Shown here piece by piece: positions 1 through 14,100 of a stretch of 44,031 nt of DNA. Position 1 is the first letter of the stretch. Every line of letters starts with the position of its first letter. The notes under the pieces are model-generated. The model worked only from the letters and a program-made list of their open reading frames with translations. It made no database searches and was not told where the DNA came from. The position numbers and the translations under genes were made by a program. Source of the stretch: Patellaria atrata CBS 101060 (lineage: Eukaryota); the NCBI GenBank assembly GCA_010093705.1, contig MU006089.1, positions 1,614,455-1,658,485 of the forward strand, in the 5' to 3' direction.

Positions 1-3000
1 ATCAAGTTCTGGCAATTGTTCGTTGTGACACACTAGCGCAAGGTCGTCTAGTATCATGCTCAGACTTCGTGCATCGTATAAAGCATGTAACATGGAGAGA
101 TCAAAGACTAGTTGATTGTCGATGTGATGGATCACAGACCGCCATGGTGGTAGGTGTATACTATCTAAAACATGGGCTGCTGAGTTCTCCCTCCACCGAC
201 GGACATCAAATTTTCCATCATCTTCTGATGATAGAACATCCACTGGTGTTTTGACGACACCTGGTTGGTAGGTGACCATAACAAATTGCGCTTCAGGATC
301 GTTAATATTCGTAAATCCAGTTCTTAGTATCTGGTATCTTTCGACGATCTTTTCAAATGCTCCTTGCAAGATCTCCCCCGTCAGCCCCTCTGGGACTTTG
401 AACTGTACAGAATTGTAGTAGCGAAGTCCACCAGATTGAAGGAACTGCGCAAGGATACCTTGCTGAAGAGGAGTACATGGAAAGATACTCTCGACGTCCT
501 CTTTCTGTATCTTATATGTCTGGTAAACAGGATGAGAAAACTTTTCGTGGAAACCTTGGAAATCAAACGTGGGCTGGAATTCGGCGCTAACATCAACTCT
601 ATCGTTCAGAAATTTCACAAGGTCAGCAATTTTCGGGTGGGATAAGACATCCGCTGCGGACACTTTGCGGCCTGATTCTCTCAAGCGACTAGCAATTTGA
701 ACTGCGCTTATGCTGTCCAATCCTAACTGGTATATTGTTTGAGACTTGATGATTCGTTGACTTGAAATGGGAGATAAATCAGTTAGGATATCGCGTAGAG
801 CGGATTCATCTTGAGACCATTGGGATTCGAGATTATCCTCGTCTTCGTCTCGGTCTTCGTCCTTGTATTTTTCTCGGAATAACTCGTTGAGGGCCTTTCT
901 ATTGACCTTCCCAGCAGCAGAAAGGGGGAAACTTTCGACAAAGATAAAGAAGTTCGGCACCATGTACGATGGTAGAAGTTTACGGCAAACATTGGCGATA
1001 ACTTTCTTAATCGTCGATTCGTCTGATCGTCCAACATCTCGTTTGGTAGTCAGAAACGTGACGAGTTGCTCTTTTGAATCATCAGATATGCGGGACAAGA
1101 TTGTGGTAACGTCTTTAACCGTGGGGGTGGCTTTCTTAACAACGTTGCTAATCTCGTCAAGTTCCACACGGAGACCGCGAATCTTGATCTGATCATCGGA
1201 ACGGCCAATCCATTCAATTGTGCCATTGCTTAGCATGCGGGCGAGATCTCCAGACTTGTAAAGTCGTCTCTTATCGCGAGTTATGAAAGCGGAGTTTGTC
1301 AACTTATCATTAGCATGATACTCTCTAGCAAGCTGAGCGCCTCCGATGTACAACTCCCCTATGCCCAGCTTTGGTACGAGCAGACGACCGTCTTTAGATA
1401 GAATATGGAAACTTGTACTCGGGAAGGGATTTCCTATGACTGAGGGTTTCACCTCCTTCGTGACTGGAAAGATTGTACAACAAAAAGCGGCTTCCGTAGG
1501 ACCGTAGGAATTCACACATATGTCCTCCCATTCGTCGATCAATTGTTGAGACATGGTTTCTCCAATGCAATAGAGGTATTCTACACTCGGTACAGCTGAT
1601 CGACGTAAACCTCTTGCTACAGAGGGAGTCAGATCTAGCATGGTGATCTTCGTCGAATTTATGATCCCGCTCAAATCATTCAACATTGCATTCTGAGTTG
1701 CAGCACATAGAGTAAAACCATACGACCATGCCATGAAACAATCGTAGTAGCACATATCGAAGGTGATTGCCGCAAATTGTAGGAGTCGAGAATTTTTACG
1801 CCATGGAACAATGGACCTTGAGTTCTCGATGGTCTGCACGGGGCTGCGGTGTTCCACGCTGACAGCCTTGGGTTTCCCAGTCGATCCAGATGTATACAAA
1901 CGGTATGCTAGATTACTAGGCTTCAGGCCTCGAATATTGACGTTATCTTCTGGTTGAGATTGCACCTCGTCCGCATTGATTAAGAGAATCTGGTCTGACC
2001 AGCTAATATCAACCTGGCCAGAGAAGAGCATTACTTTCGCTTTAAGCTCTTCCACCATCATAGCTTTTCTTTCTGCCGGAAGGTTAGGATCAATTGGGGT
2101 GAACGCACCACCGGCCTTTAGAATACCAAGCACGCATGCGTAATATAGTGGACTTTTGGGCAAGCAGATAGGAACTGCTTCATCCACCTGTACATCCCTA
2201 GAACATAGAGCATGTGCAATTTTGTTGGCATATCGATTGAGTTCGTCAAACGTCCAATGAGTTGAGGAACCATTGTCGTGTTGAAAACTTAGTGCCAATG
2301 TGTTCGGGAATTCTTGAACATTATTCTCGAACGCTGAGTGCAAAAGATATCCCGTCTTCGGCTCCAGCATCGTGAAATCCGAATTAGCTATAGAGCAAAG
2401 ATTCTGTTGGAGGTCCGGGAAATCCAAGACATCCCCCTGAGGATATTTCACACACGATGTCAGTGCTGCAGCGTAGGTGTGAAATATATTAGTGATGTCG
2501 GTATCGCTGATGATAGAACTTCCACAATATCAGTAACAGGAACAGTGATGATTGAAAAAAACTCACTTGTGATAATGTAGGCTAAGGATTAGCCTGTTAT
2601 CATTACGATTAGGAGCTAACTCGCAGACCAGAGGGAACTATTGTACGATTAACGATGCTGCTCAAAGTTAAAAAGGGATACTCACGTCCATCTCCCCCAC
2701 ATCTTCCACAAGTGTCCAAATATTTTTGTCTAATGGCCGAGAAGGTTTCTGTAAAATAAAAAGGGTATCAAAAAGGCGTTCGCCGTCCTTTACAAGTCTA
2801 TTTTGAATGTGCCGAAGAGGTGTCAACTGGAAAGGTAAAGATTGAATATTAAGTGTGTGAAGAGTGTTCACCAAATCCACATTTTTCCGATGTAGATTGA
2901 GATCAATTCGGACAGGTAAGGTATTAAAGCAAGGAGCAACTAATCGTTCGAGATCGTCAATTGGCAATGCGCGACCACTAACGACATTACCAAAGCAGAT

Positions 3001-6000
3001 ATCGCTCTCCCCGATATAGATGGAAAGTATTTGTACCCAAGCAGCTTGAGCTAGTGCTAAAAGGGTGCAAGAGAAGCGCTGACAGTATGCGTCAAGGCTA
3101 TCCAGTGGAATACATATATCTCCCGTGTATGATTTTCGAGATCTAAGGTTCTTCCGCGCGGAGAGTGATTTACCATGTAGGGGAGGGAAAACACTGGGTT
3201 CGAAGTCTTGCAATAAACTAGTCCAATAAGTTGCTGCTTCTTCTCTATCAAGGGAAGTAACCTCCTCCATGAACGGTCCATACGATACAGGCTTTGGCAA
3301 TTCTCTATAGGAATATACCTGCTCTACCTCGTAGAGTAGTTGTTCAATAGCAATTCCATCATATAGAGCATGATGACAGCTGAATAACACAAAGTTTTGA
3401 TCTTCTGTGGTGATTCCCGTAAGACTATACGGTGGTTCGAGAGCGTCGAATTTAGAGGCGATAACATGCTCCACGAGCTTCTCAACCGTGTCATCTAAAT
3501 CATTGGACTTCAGAACTAGCTGATTATATGTGATTCTAGAAGCGGATAATACCACTTGTGCAAATGCGTAGTATCTGTTATTCGTGGGATAGAATACTGT
3601 GCGAAATATCTCGTGTCTTTCCATTACTGAGACCCATGCATTCAGCAAGACTGAGTTATCCCCTTTCGCTAGGAAGAGCATACGGTTGCGGTAATTCGCC
3701 ACAGATCCGGAGGAAGTAGCAGATAACATAGCTTCTTGAAGAGGCGTGCAGGGTAAAACTTTCTGGACCGGTTTACTAAGTTCCTCAAATTTTCTAAGTA
3801 TGGAGTCAATATCACGCTTCTCGAAAACCTGCTTCAAACTAAATTCTCCTATAGGTGTACTCGTCTCTTGAAGTCCTAATTTAACGTTGAGTTGCGCGAT
3901 AGTAGGATCCTTGAGGATTGTGGATACAGGAGCTGACCTTCCCAGCTGACGTTTGATTTCCCTTGAAATGGAAATCGCAGATATAGAGTCGAGACCAACG
4001 CTAAACAACGATGATCTACGTTTGATATGATTAGGAGAAACCTTGACTACACCTGCTATGAGTTTAGCAAGATCACGCTCTCCGTTTGACCAGGTTTCCG
4101 AATCATCGACTTCAGTATTATCGCCAGAAACCGCATCAACATAATTCTGGTCGAGATTCCTGAACTCTGCTATCAACTTCCGCTTATCTATTTTGCCTTG
4201 CGTTGTCATAGGCAATTTTGAAACTGGGATGAGACTACTTGGGACCATGTACGTTGGTAGCTTCGCTCGTAAGGATTCGTAGAGACATTTGAGTAGCGTC
4301 TGTATCGTCTCGCTCAGCTGAACAATTGAAAAGTGTTCTGAAATCGACTTGGAAGAAACCCAAAAGGTGATCAATCTCTGGGGTTTGGCATTCTCTGAGA
4401 TGAGCAAAGTTACGCAGTCATCAACGCTTGTGACGCTGAGCACAGTGTTATTGATCTCCCCAAGTTCTACTCTTTGGCCACGGATCTTCACTTGATCGTC
4501 CACTCGCCCGACGAAGACAAGAGTACCATCAGGAAGCATACGTCCTAAATCACCACTCCTATATACTCGTCCAAATTCAGGATGATTGATGATTTTTGAT
4601 GCGGTAAGATCAGGCATGTTCAGGTAGCCACGGAACACTTGATCACCACCAAAGCAGAGTTCGCCAACCCCTCCCCTAGGAATAAGTGTTGCCCTTTGCT
4701 GGTCAAATACAAATGCTGATGTGTTTACTAATGGTCGGCCGATGTTGTTGATCAGATCCATCCGCGAAACATTTGGCTTTACTGTGCAAATATTGGTCGT
4801 TTCGGAAGGTCCATAGCCTTGAAATAGACCCTTATCAGCCCAACTCTTCATAACTTTCTCTGTAACTGCTTCCCCAGCAGTGACAAGGAAATGAACGCTG
4901 GGAACATTGGACGGATCTATCAGACTAGCCACAGTTGGTGTGAGGCTTAGATGGGTGATATTCAGGTGCTTGATCATCCGTTCGATATCCTGGAAAAGGT
5001 CCTCCTTGGAAGCAGAACATAAGCACATTCCGGTGTACCAGGTAAAGAAGATTTCGAAAACCGAAACATCAAATGCTTGTGAACAGGATTGAAGAAGCCG
5101 TGAGCCTTGGGGAGTGGGATAAATGTCAGCAAGAACCTTCAAATTGCTGACAAGGTTCTCGTAAGTAACGAGAACTCCCTTAGGCGTACCCGTACTTCCT
5201 GAGGTGAAGATTGTATATGCGACATGTGAGCCACAGTATGGAATCCCTAAGTTATGGTTATCATGTTGATCAAGATTGATGGTGGCCATGTCCACTATGC
5301 TGCACTGCTCGTTCAATCGCAATCGGGCCTCTACACTGCTTTCACTAATGCAAATCTGGACTCCAGCTTGTTCGAGGATAGCCTTGACTCTGATCTGCGG
5401 TGTCTCAGGGGTGATAGGTAAATAACCAGCGCCGGTTTTGATAACGGCCAAAATCGCCACATATAGATTAATTGACTTCTCCATGCAAATACATACATTC
5501 TGATCTGGCTGTACCCCAACTGTCAATAGCAGATGAGCCAACTTATTTGATCTACTGTTAAGTTCTTCGTATGATAGCTTGGCAGTTTTAATAGTTGAAC
5601 TGTCTAAGTAGGAGAATGATAGAGCATCTTTATGTGGCGTTGATCTTGCGAATTCTTCGACTGAATGGGCTGGACTCCGAGGAGATTTTAAGAGCTGAGG
5701 TGGTTGATTGAATACAGAAGTTACCGAGATATCGAAGGCATCTGTGGCATGCCCAAGTCCAGCGTCTATATTTTCGACAAACCACTGAACAATCTGATCC
5801 ATTTGTTTGAAAAGGAACTTGACTTGGCGTGCCCCTACAGATGACCTTTGAAAAGTCGCCCGCGCAGTAAAATCTTGAGCGTAAGGTTCAACCTCCAGTG
5901 TCAACTTGAACTCAAGTTCATCCGCGCTATTGATTTGTCGGACGGTTGGTACACTGGCTTTCTTACTTTCTAACGACTCTTGCCAAACAAAAAGAGTATC

Positions 6001-8901
6001 AAAGAGAGGATCGCCTGGTCTTACATTCGCTAGTCGCTTGATATCCTTCACTGGAAGTGTGGTGTTGCGTAACATCATGCGGTTGGAATTATGGACACTT
6101 TGTAAAAGTTGTCGTACGGATTTATAGTCACTGATGTTGACTCTTAGGGGTAAGGTCGAGATACATGGCCCTACGACCTTTTCAATATCGGCGACAGGAA
6201 TAGTTCGCCCCGATGATACTGTTCCAAGTACAACATCGGTCGAGCCGGAATATGCGCTCAGCAAGTAGACCATAGCAGCTTGGAAGTAAACCTGAGGAGA
6301 AATCTCGTAGCGTCTCGAAACCTCTGTTATATGTTTCCGGGAGACATTAAAAGTATAATTTAAACGGTCCAGAGAATCTTCAGAAAGAAGCTCGCCATTG
6401 AAGTTGGGTAACGAAACAGGATTGTAGTCCGCAAGTAACCTTCTCCAGTACTCTCGCGTAGGCTCAAGTTGGGAGTCTGTTAGCTGAGAATAGTAAGTGG
6501 TAATGTTGAAGTACTGCGGTCTTTGGGTAGCGGTATTCGTCTTGACCAACGTCGAGAGATCGTGCAGTAGGAGGTCCATTGACCACCCATCGTAAACGAA
6601 ATGGGGTATTCGCCAGATAACCTTGTTTTCATTCCCAAGGATTTGAACTTGAAGTGGACGAAGAAAATCTTTTGCAGTTTCCAAGGCGTAGGACTTTGTG
6701 TTGTCATCAGTTTCTTGCACCTGTACGTCTAATAACTTCTTCCAAACAATTTGATGGAAGGATCCGTCTACATTTACGAAACCAGACCTCAGGATTGAAT
6801 TCTCAGCGGCTAGAATGAAGAAGTAGCTCCGAATTTGAGTTTTGGACAGATCATATGGAAATTGCAGTTCTACCCAATTGCAGTACGCATCCTTGCGGAT
6901 TGATGTCTCTACAAGCATTGAAGATTGGATTGGCGTACAAGGATAGATTTGCTCGATGTCATCCAGATCGATCTGGACTTCTGAATCCGTAGATAGCTTC
7001 TTCTGGATCTGAGTTAGGCGTTCTGAGCTGAGTAACTGCTCTTCGCCCTTAGTTTGGCTCCTTGGAGATGTTCCGTCGCTGAGGCTCAGAATCTCTTTCG
7101 GAGTTTTGGCTTGGAGAACGTCAACGACGCTAACAATGAAACCAGATGATCTCAGCTCTGATGTGGAACTAATGGCAGTTAAAGAGTCGAGGCCGAGGGA
7201 CAGAAGTTGCGTATTCATATTAATAGGATGATGGAGTACTCGTCCTAAAGCTTCACATATCTTTCGCTCCGCATCATTCTGAAATCCTTCGTCTGCTTCG
7301 GGCATTACGGATCGCGAGCAGACGTACTGTTGTTCCAATAATTTCCTGTCCACTTTTCCAGAGGGTAGGCGAGGTATTCCTTGTAGGAGAACTATGTCAC
7401 CAGGGACCATGAAAGTAGGAAGCCATTTGCGTGAGACTTCCATTACATCCTCAACCGTGATGGAGCTGTCTTTCATCAAGCAAAACGCGACTAATGTGTT
7501 TGAGATCACAGAAGCAGTTACGTTCAAACAGCCTTCCAATCTTGAAATAGCTTGTTCGATCTCGCCGAGCTCAATACGTTGGCCTCGGAGTTTGACTTGT
7601 CCAGTAGCAATTCGTCCTAGGCATTCTATTGTGCCGTCAGGGAGCATCCGAGCTTTATCTCCGGTCCTATATATTGGTCCATAACTTTTACTGTTGATGA
7701 ATGCTTTAGCAGTCTCTTCTGGCCGATTTATGTACTTCTCGGCAAGTTGCGATCCGCCAATCACTAATTCGCCGACATTGCCTATTGGCAGAATCTCGAT
7801 TGAATCTGACGATCTTGTGATGTCAGAAGCTGGAGTAGCTATGAAGGCGGAAACTGTTCTGAACGGTCGGCCTATGTTTCCAACTTGACTATTGCTCTGA
7901 AACTCCGGCTGAAGAGTACAATGTATGGCGGCTTCGGTTGGCCCATACATCCCCCAAAGAATACTCTTCCGCGAGCTACTTCCCCCAAATTCGTCTACAA
8001 CGGATCTAGTGAGCATTTCTCCTATCGTCAGGAGCAAATTCAGGCGCGGTACGTTGGCCCTGGTGCGAAGAAGAGTACCAGCAACAGTTGGTGTGAGCTC
8101 TGCCGCATCCACCTTCAGCGCGTTCATTGCCCTTGGAAGATCGTTCAGCAGTGACGCTCGCTCGCATGCACACAGAGTCAGTCCCCTTGTCCAAGGGAAA
8201 AATATCTCGAAGATAGACACATCAAACGTAGGTGCTGCAAACTGCAAAAATCTAGTGAACTCAGGGACAAGCTCCTCGTGAGCCAATAAGCTTTGCGAGG
8301 CTGCTAAGTGAGTGATTCCAACTCCTTTGGGTTGTCCTGTCGAACCAGATGTGTATTGCACATATGCCAAATTCCGCGGCTGAAGAGATACAGAGGGCAG
8401 GGCCACGCCATTAGGCACTTCGTGGGGATCATCTGTAAGGAGGATAAAAACATTTTCTAGACCCGGTATCTTGCCCTTAAATGCCGCATTTGTGATGACA
8501 ATAGGAGCGGATATATCGTCAATGATGAATTTCAGCCTCTCCGAGGGAGCATCAAGACTTAGGGGACAGAATGCTCCACCTGCTTTTAGAATAGCAAGAA
8601 GAGCAATATAGAGTTCGCAGGACTGTGGTAAGAATACAGGTATTACAGCTTGTCTTGTCGAGAGTCTCGAATGTAACAGCTGTCTTATCTTGAGCGACCA
8701 TTTTTCACTGAGAGAATGTAAGGATTGATATGATATGGTAGCGATCTCTCCTTTGTCGTTAAGAAACTCAATTGCGGAACGATCATCGACCCCTGTTGAT
8801 CGTACAAGCTGATGTAATAGCTGAGGTCCAGGGCAGAGTACCGGATGGGGATTCAGTATCGACAGTGCAGGCTCAGGGCCGCATTCTGAAAGAGACCCCA
8901 T
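1..8901 (-). CDS. Ferrichrome/ferricrocin-type siderophore NRPS (NPS2/SidC family), 3' part outside window; exons 8901-2686, 2637-2567, 2518-<1
   Basis: First ATG at 8901 (MGSLSECGPEPALSILNPHP; the ORF track start at 8994 is a TTG). Three A domains (YTSGSTGQPKG, FTSGSTGTPKG, YTSGSTGKPKA; YGP[TS]E; YR/K[TS]GD), three T domains (LGLDSLTAI, VGLDSISAI, LGLDSISAV at ~705-728) and three C domains (PHFVYDG, HHALYDG, LHALYDA at ~70-90). Two 48-nt GT-AG introns (2638-2685, 2519-2566) keep the frame, which stays open to base 1. Clustered with an ornithine monooxygenase. Confidence 0.93.
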
Positions 8902-10320
8902 TCCTCTCAGTTTCAGAGCCCATCTAACAGAATGTTGTAGCTGTAATATGAGGAGCTCTAGATGACTTTTGGGAACTTTTCGAAAACCGAACAATTTCGA
9001 CCTCTAGGATACTCGTTTGTGATGAAGTTGTAAAGATAGTTCTACCTTTCTTGAACCCTTGTCTTAGACATTAGCAAAAAGATCAAGGTACCTTACTGAC
9101 GAGCAGAATGACTTGCCTACTCGAAGAACAACACCGTAAAGCTCCTGCAATCTCTCTTGGATTACTCGAACGATGACTTTTCTACCTAGTAATGAGATGT
9201 ATTGACTGTGGAACAAGGTTGCTGTCAGTTACAAAGTATTACTTCATCACATCGCACATGACCAGCCGGAAAATACGCCCACGCCACTATGAGAAGCTCC
9301 TCACGTAAAGGTGCAAAGTGAAATTGAAACTCCACGGGAGTATATTCCTCATCGGGAATCTCAATCGTTCCTTGGAGATTTGCGAGTTGCGTTATTTCGA
9401 ACTCCAGCAAAAATCCCGGCGAACGCCCCAGAAAACCATTTACAAGATTATTACGGGAAGCTGCAAAGATCGCCGACGATAGAGTACAAGAGAAAAATTG
9501 GGTCAGGAACGCACTGCTTCATGTTGTTTAATGATTCCAATTATACGCTTCTTCAATCACCTCACTCCCACGCTCCGCCTACCTTAGTATGGTAGGTATG
9601 TAGTTGCTCTAATACCCGGATGTTACATGCATAACAACGCCTAAGGTAGTAGTACTTGGTAATATAGGTATTTGAAAGCTAAGAAGCTTAAACCCTAGCG
9701 ACGGTCCGAAAGTAATGTCGAATGTTTATTATCATTAGTCCGTTGGGTTGTGGAAGCAAAAATGCTGTCATCGAGGACTTGATCTTGAAGCTTTGCATCT
9801 GAAGATCTTGAGAACGCGCATTTCCCCCAACCAGGCGTGCCAGGCGAGCCCTAGTCTTAGTTCTAAGGCGACCTTGCCCCATCCACTGCTTCCTTAGTCC
9901 AGCACACCCTTCCACCTCAACGTTTTCCTTACCCCGTACTCCGTATTTGAGTATTGCCTACCTAGGTAGAACAACGCCTCTTTCCAGTGTCATTACTGAC
10001 GTCCCCTTACAGTTGGCAGGTAATACCAGCAACGCACAGGTAGCGGTAGCACGACATCCTTAGATGGCGCGTCGCACGTTTCGCGTGGTCGCGTTCCACC
10101 GATTCGCTTTAAGCTTAGATCTCTTCGCCATGACAGGAACCTGACGGGAGGAAGCTGTGGGAGACCATCTCCGATCTCGGACTATCATGGAAATGATCAA
10201 TCGTGTCGATGCGTTAGTTCTATGGTTTCGATAATTAGTTGAAGCGGTCGTCATCTAAGGTTGGGAAAAAAGATTTTTCACGTTAAGCGAACTTGCTTCC
10301 ATCTGTGATTTAATCCGATC

Positions 10321-10335
10321 ATCAGATGAGATAAG
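10321..10335. promoter_or_regulatory. Putative iron-responsive GATA (SreA/Sre1-type) site in the divergent NRPS/ABC promoter
   Basis: ATCAGATGAGATAAG: an ATCWGAT core fused to HGATAR; a further TTGATAA lies at ~10365. Fits the known ATCWGATAA-type SreA motif, but short motifs also arise by chance. Confidence 0.45.
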
Positions 10336-11164
10336 AGAAAGATCGAATTTCTTGGCGTTATAGATTGATAACCACGCCAGCGATGCAAAGTGACAAAATG
10401 GCTGGAATTGCCAAAGGGTTTCCAAAAAGTTTGACTGCCCTCGCAAGGGTGGAAGGGCTGTCCTTATGCAAGCTGTCTTCAAGGCCCGGGTTTCTCAACT
10501 CACCACCGCCTATACCCGCAACGCCCGCATAGCTGTTTAGACATGGATCTTAAGTACAGGGGGAAGACCACAGGACTGACGATGCCAAACTTGGAGAAAC
10601 GTCCTTTCGGCAGATCTAGTGGCTTCTTAGACTTCTTAGGCATACCTCTTCTATTCGAACATGCCTCACGTAACTCTTCATATGACACTCAAGAACTGTA
10701 ATTTTGGAGCTTGGGCACGTCACAACTGAGTGGGGATATGAATTTACTTTATTATACATCTATTTTTTTTAGGACTTTTCGGTCTGTGTGGGGGAGCTAT
10801 GTTACCATTACTGAATTCCTTGCATGCTCGTCTCTCTGGAAACGGGCATTACCGTTCATTCAGAAATCCTTCTCAGCTGTCCCGAGACAATATCTTCTTC
10901 GAATTCAATTCTACCGTAATTTCTAATCTTATTCACCCAAGGAACTTCGCACGGTATAATGATTCTTTACAGTGGAGATTTGAGTTATATGTCTGTTAGT
11001 CTGAGTCTCTGATTTTAGTTCTTGAGGTTTAGTTGGGCTGAACAACTACTATTCACCGTTAGTCCAAATTCCAATCTTTGCTTTATCCTAACTCTCCATA
11101 CTCACCGTCCAACAGGTCCTCTGAAGACGTTTCTGCACGGTTACGTGCGCTTTCGAATCCTACC

Positions 11165-14100
11165 ATGGATGCTCCAAACGTCCCAAAAGATTCCCACCTC
11201 TCAGCTAATATTCTCGGAAATCAGGGCCATAACGAGCTCGCTATTTTGCATCGAACGTTCTCATCTTCCACTGTACGGACCCAAGCAGAATCTCGGAATC
11301 AGGGATGGCAAAGAAATATCGACATTGCGTCGTTGAGCACCACACAGCCTCGAACATGGCGAAATGAGGTCGCCGCTGTTCCAAAAAGCTTCATTCGTCA
11401 AATACTGGGATTAAATCCCTTCAAGACGTCATATTTTACACTATACAGACCAGTTAAGAGTGTTAAATTGAGGTTGATTCTCTTCTGTGGTATTTTATTT
11501 TCCGTGGCAGCTGGTATTCCCTTACCCCTTATTGGGGTGATCTTTGGCAAGATAATTGATAATTTCCCACCAGAAGAACATGAGCTTCAGACACGTATTG
11601 CGCAACTCTTAGGGGTAGCTTGCGCTTACTTTGTTGTGACCTGGGGCTGGGCAGTGTGTTGGGGTACAATTGGCGAAATGGTTTCCCGTAACTTGAGAGA
11701 GGCTCTAGTTGAAAAGGTCCTCGGCATGGAGCAAGCGTTCTTTGATGTGGAAGCCCCAGACATCACCACAGTTCTTACGGAGAAGACACAGACCATTCAA
11801 TTGGGTACTTCGGAGAAGGTTGGCCTGTTCCTACAATCCATCAGCTACTTCGTTGCAGCTTTTACGGTAGGATTCATTCTGAATGCGAAGCTAACTGGAA
11901 TCCTCCTTGCTGCGGTAATACCTGCTATGATAGTAGTGGTGTGCCTTGGTACACATCAGGTGTCCTCATTTTCCAAAAAAGCGTCACATTCGTCAGAAAA
12001 AGCTTCTGGAATCGCGGAAAGTTCTATCAGGGCAGTTCAGGTGGTACAAGCTTTTGGAGCTTCGGATACACTCGCCACGGACCATTTAGAATCTCTGGAG
12101 AGCTCTACTAGCATAGGAATACGAAAGTCAATAGCTGGAGGCTTGATGCTCGGGTGCATCTTCTTTGTGGCCTATGCAGCGAACGCTCTGGCATTTTGGG
12201 AAGGGCACCAACAGCAAAGGGAAAATGATGATCATAAAATTGGTGCCGGGACAATCTACGCTGTCGTCTTCTTAATCCTGGATGCATCTTTTGTTGTTGG
12301 GCAATTCGGTCCCTTCATTCAAACGTTCGCACTAGCAGCAGCGGCTGGTGAGAAGATATTCGCGTTGCTTGACCATGCAGATGCACATATAAACGTCTAC
12401 TCCAATGAAGGCGAGAAGCCAGACCGAGAACATTTCCGCGAAAATATCATTTTCAAGGATGTAACGTTCGTATATCCAGCGAGGCCCACTGTCCGTGTCC
12501 TTGATGGAGCAAATTTCACATTTAAAAGTGGACAGACTATTGGCATAGTTGGACCATCGGGTTCAGGAAAGTCCACCTTAGCAGCTTTACTTCTGCGTCT
12601 ATATGATCCTTCTTCAGGAAGGATAATGATAGGGTCTCATGACATACGTTCATATCACATCGCTGCTCTACGATCGCATATCGCCGTTGTAGATCAAAAT
12701 CCCGTTCTTTTCTCGGGCACTATCCTAGACAACATCAAATATGGACTCAGTGATGCAGGGCGATTCACGGAAGAGGAGATTCGGAAGTTGTGTGAGAAAG
12801 CAGCAGCAGACGCTCATTGTGATTTCATTGCAGATCTTCCAAATGGGATGTCGACTCTAGTAGGACCATCTGGTGCCACGCAACTCTCTGGGGGTCAAAA
12901 ACAGCGCATAGCCTTAGCAAGAGCTTTGGTTCGGGATCCATGGCTCTTGATCCTAGATGAATACACTAGTGCAATGGATGCCACTACTGAATGCTTAGTC
13001 CTTGAAACATTGAGACGGGACTCCGCTACATCGCGACGAACAACAATTATTATCGCACATCGACTTGCGACCATCAAGGATGCGGATACAATCTTGCTCA
13101 TGGTGGATGGACATCTGATGGAACAAGGCACCCACGATTCACTGATGAACTTAGGCGGTAAATACAAGGATCTTGTCGAGGCTCAAAGGTTTGGGGGTTC
13201 ATCACCTTCGGCATCCCCAGCACAGGATCAAACCACTCCAGCTGAGCATGAGTCTTCGCAGGATAATCCTGATCCGACCGTCAAACTCGGTAAGCCAACT
13301 GCTTCCCAGACACAATTACCGCCGTTGGGTGTCTTCACCTTGATCAGAAGGTGCATAGTACTCAGCAAACCAGAATCGCCTTTTATGATCGTTGGCATGA
13401 TTGCTTCCATGACTAGTGGATCGATTATAGTTGGTGAAGCAATAGTTTTTGGTAATCTGGTTGATATTCTCAATAAACCAGGTAATATTCAAGATGAAGC
13501 AGAATTCTTTTGCCTTATGTTTTTCATATTGTCTTTAGTGGCATTGTTTTCGTATTCTGCGAGCGGTATTTCATTCGGTGTTGTCTCAGAAAAATTGATT
13601 CAAAGAGTTCGGGACAAGTCATTACGAACTATCCTACGACAAGATCTAGAATGGTTCTCGGACGCTTCCCATTCTGCACATCGACTCATGTCTACTATGA
13701 CTATGGACGCAGGTCATTTAAGTGGTTTGTCGGGTGTCATTTTGGGCACCCTTCTGTCTGTCATGACATCCGTCTTCGGGGGAATTATCCTCGCTCACTT
13801 CGTCGCGTGGAAGATTGCAATTGTCCTTCTCGCGGCAGTCCCAGTAATGCTCTTTTCCGGATTCATGAGACTCCGTGTACTATCAAAAGCCGAAGAAAGG
13901 CATCAAGTAGCGTATAGTCACGCAGCTGCTTTAGCTTCTGAAGCTTGCGCGGCAATCAAAACAGTTGCCGCTTTGGGACGCGAGAGAGATATCCTACGAT
14001 TGTACAAGAGGGCGATCAAGGAACCTTACCAGAAGAGCCTTAAGTATACCGCAGTGAGTAACATATTATTGGCCTTCTCGCTAGCGATCACTTATTTCGT

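Noticed and set aside
8902..8994. 31-codon N-terminal extension of the NRPS in the ORF track
   Set aside because: It starts at a TTG; the first ATG (8901) directly precedes the family-like LSILNPHP start.
10010..10040. GGTAATACCAGC resembling the P5 loop of a TPP riboswitch
   Set aside because: No upstream CTGAGA or CCTGAT motifs, and no thiamine gene nearby.
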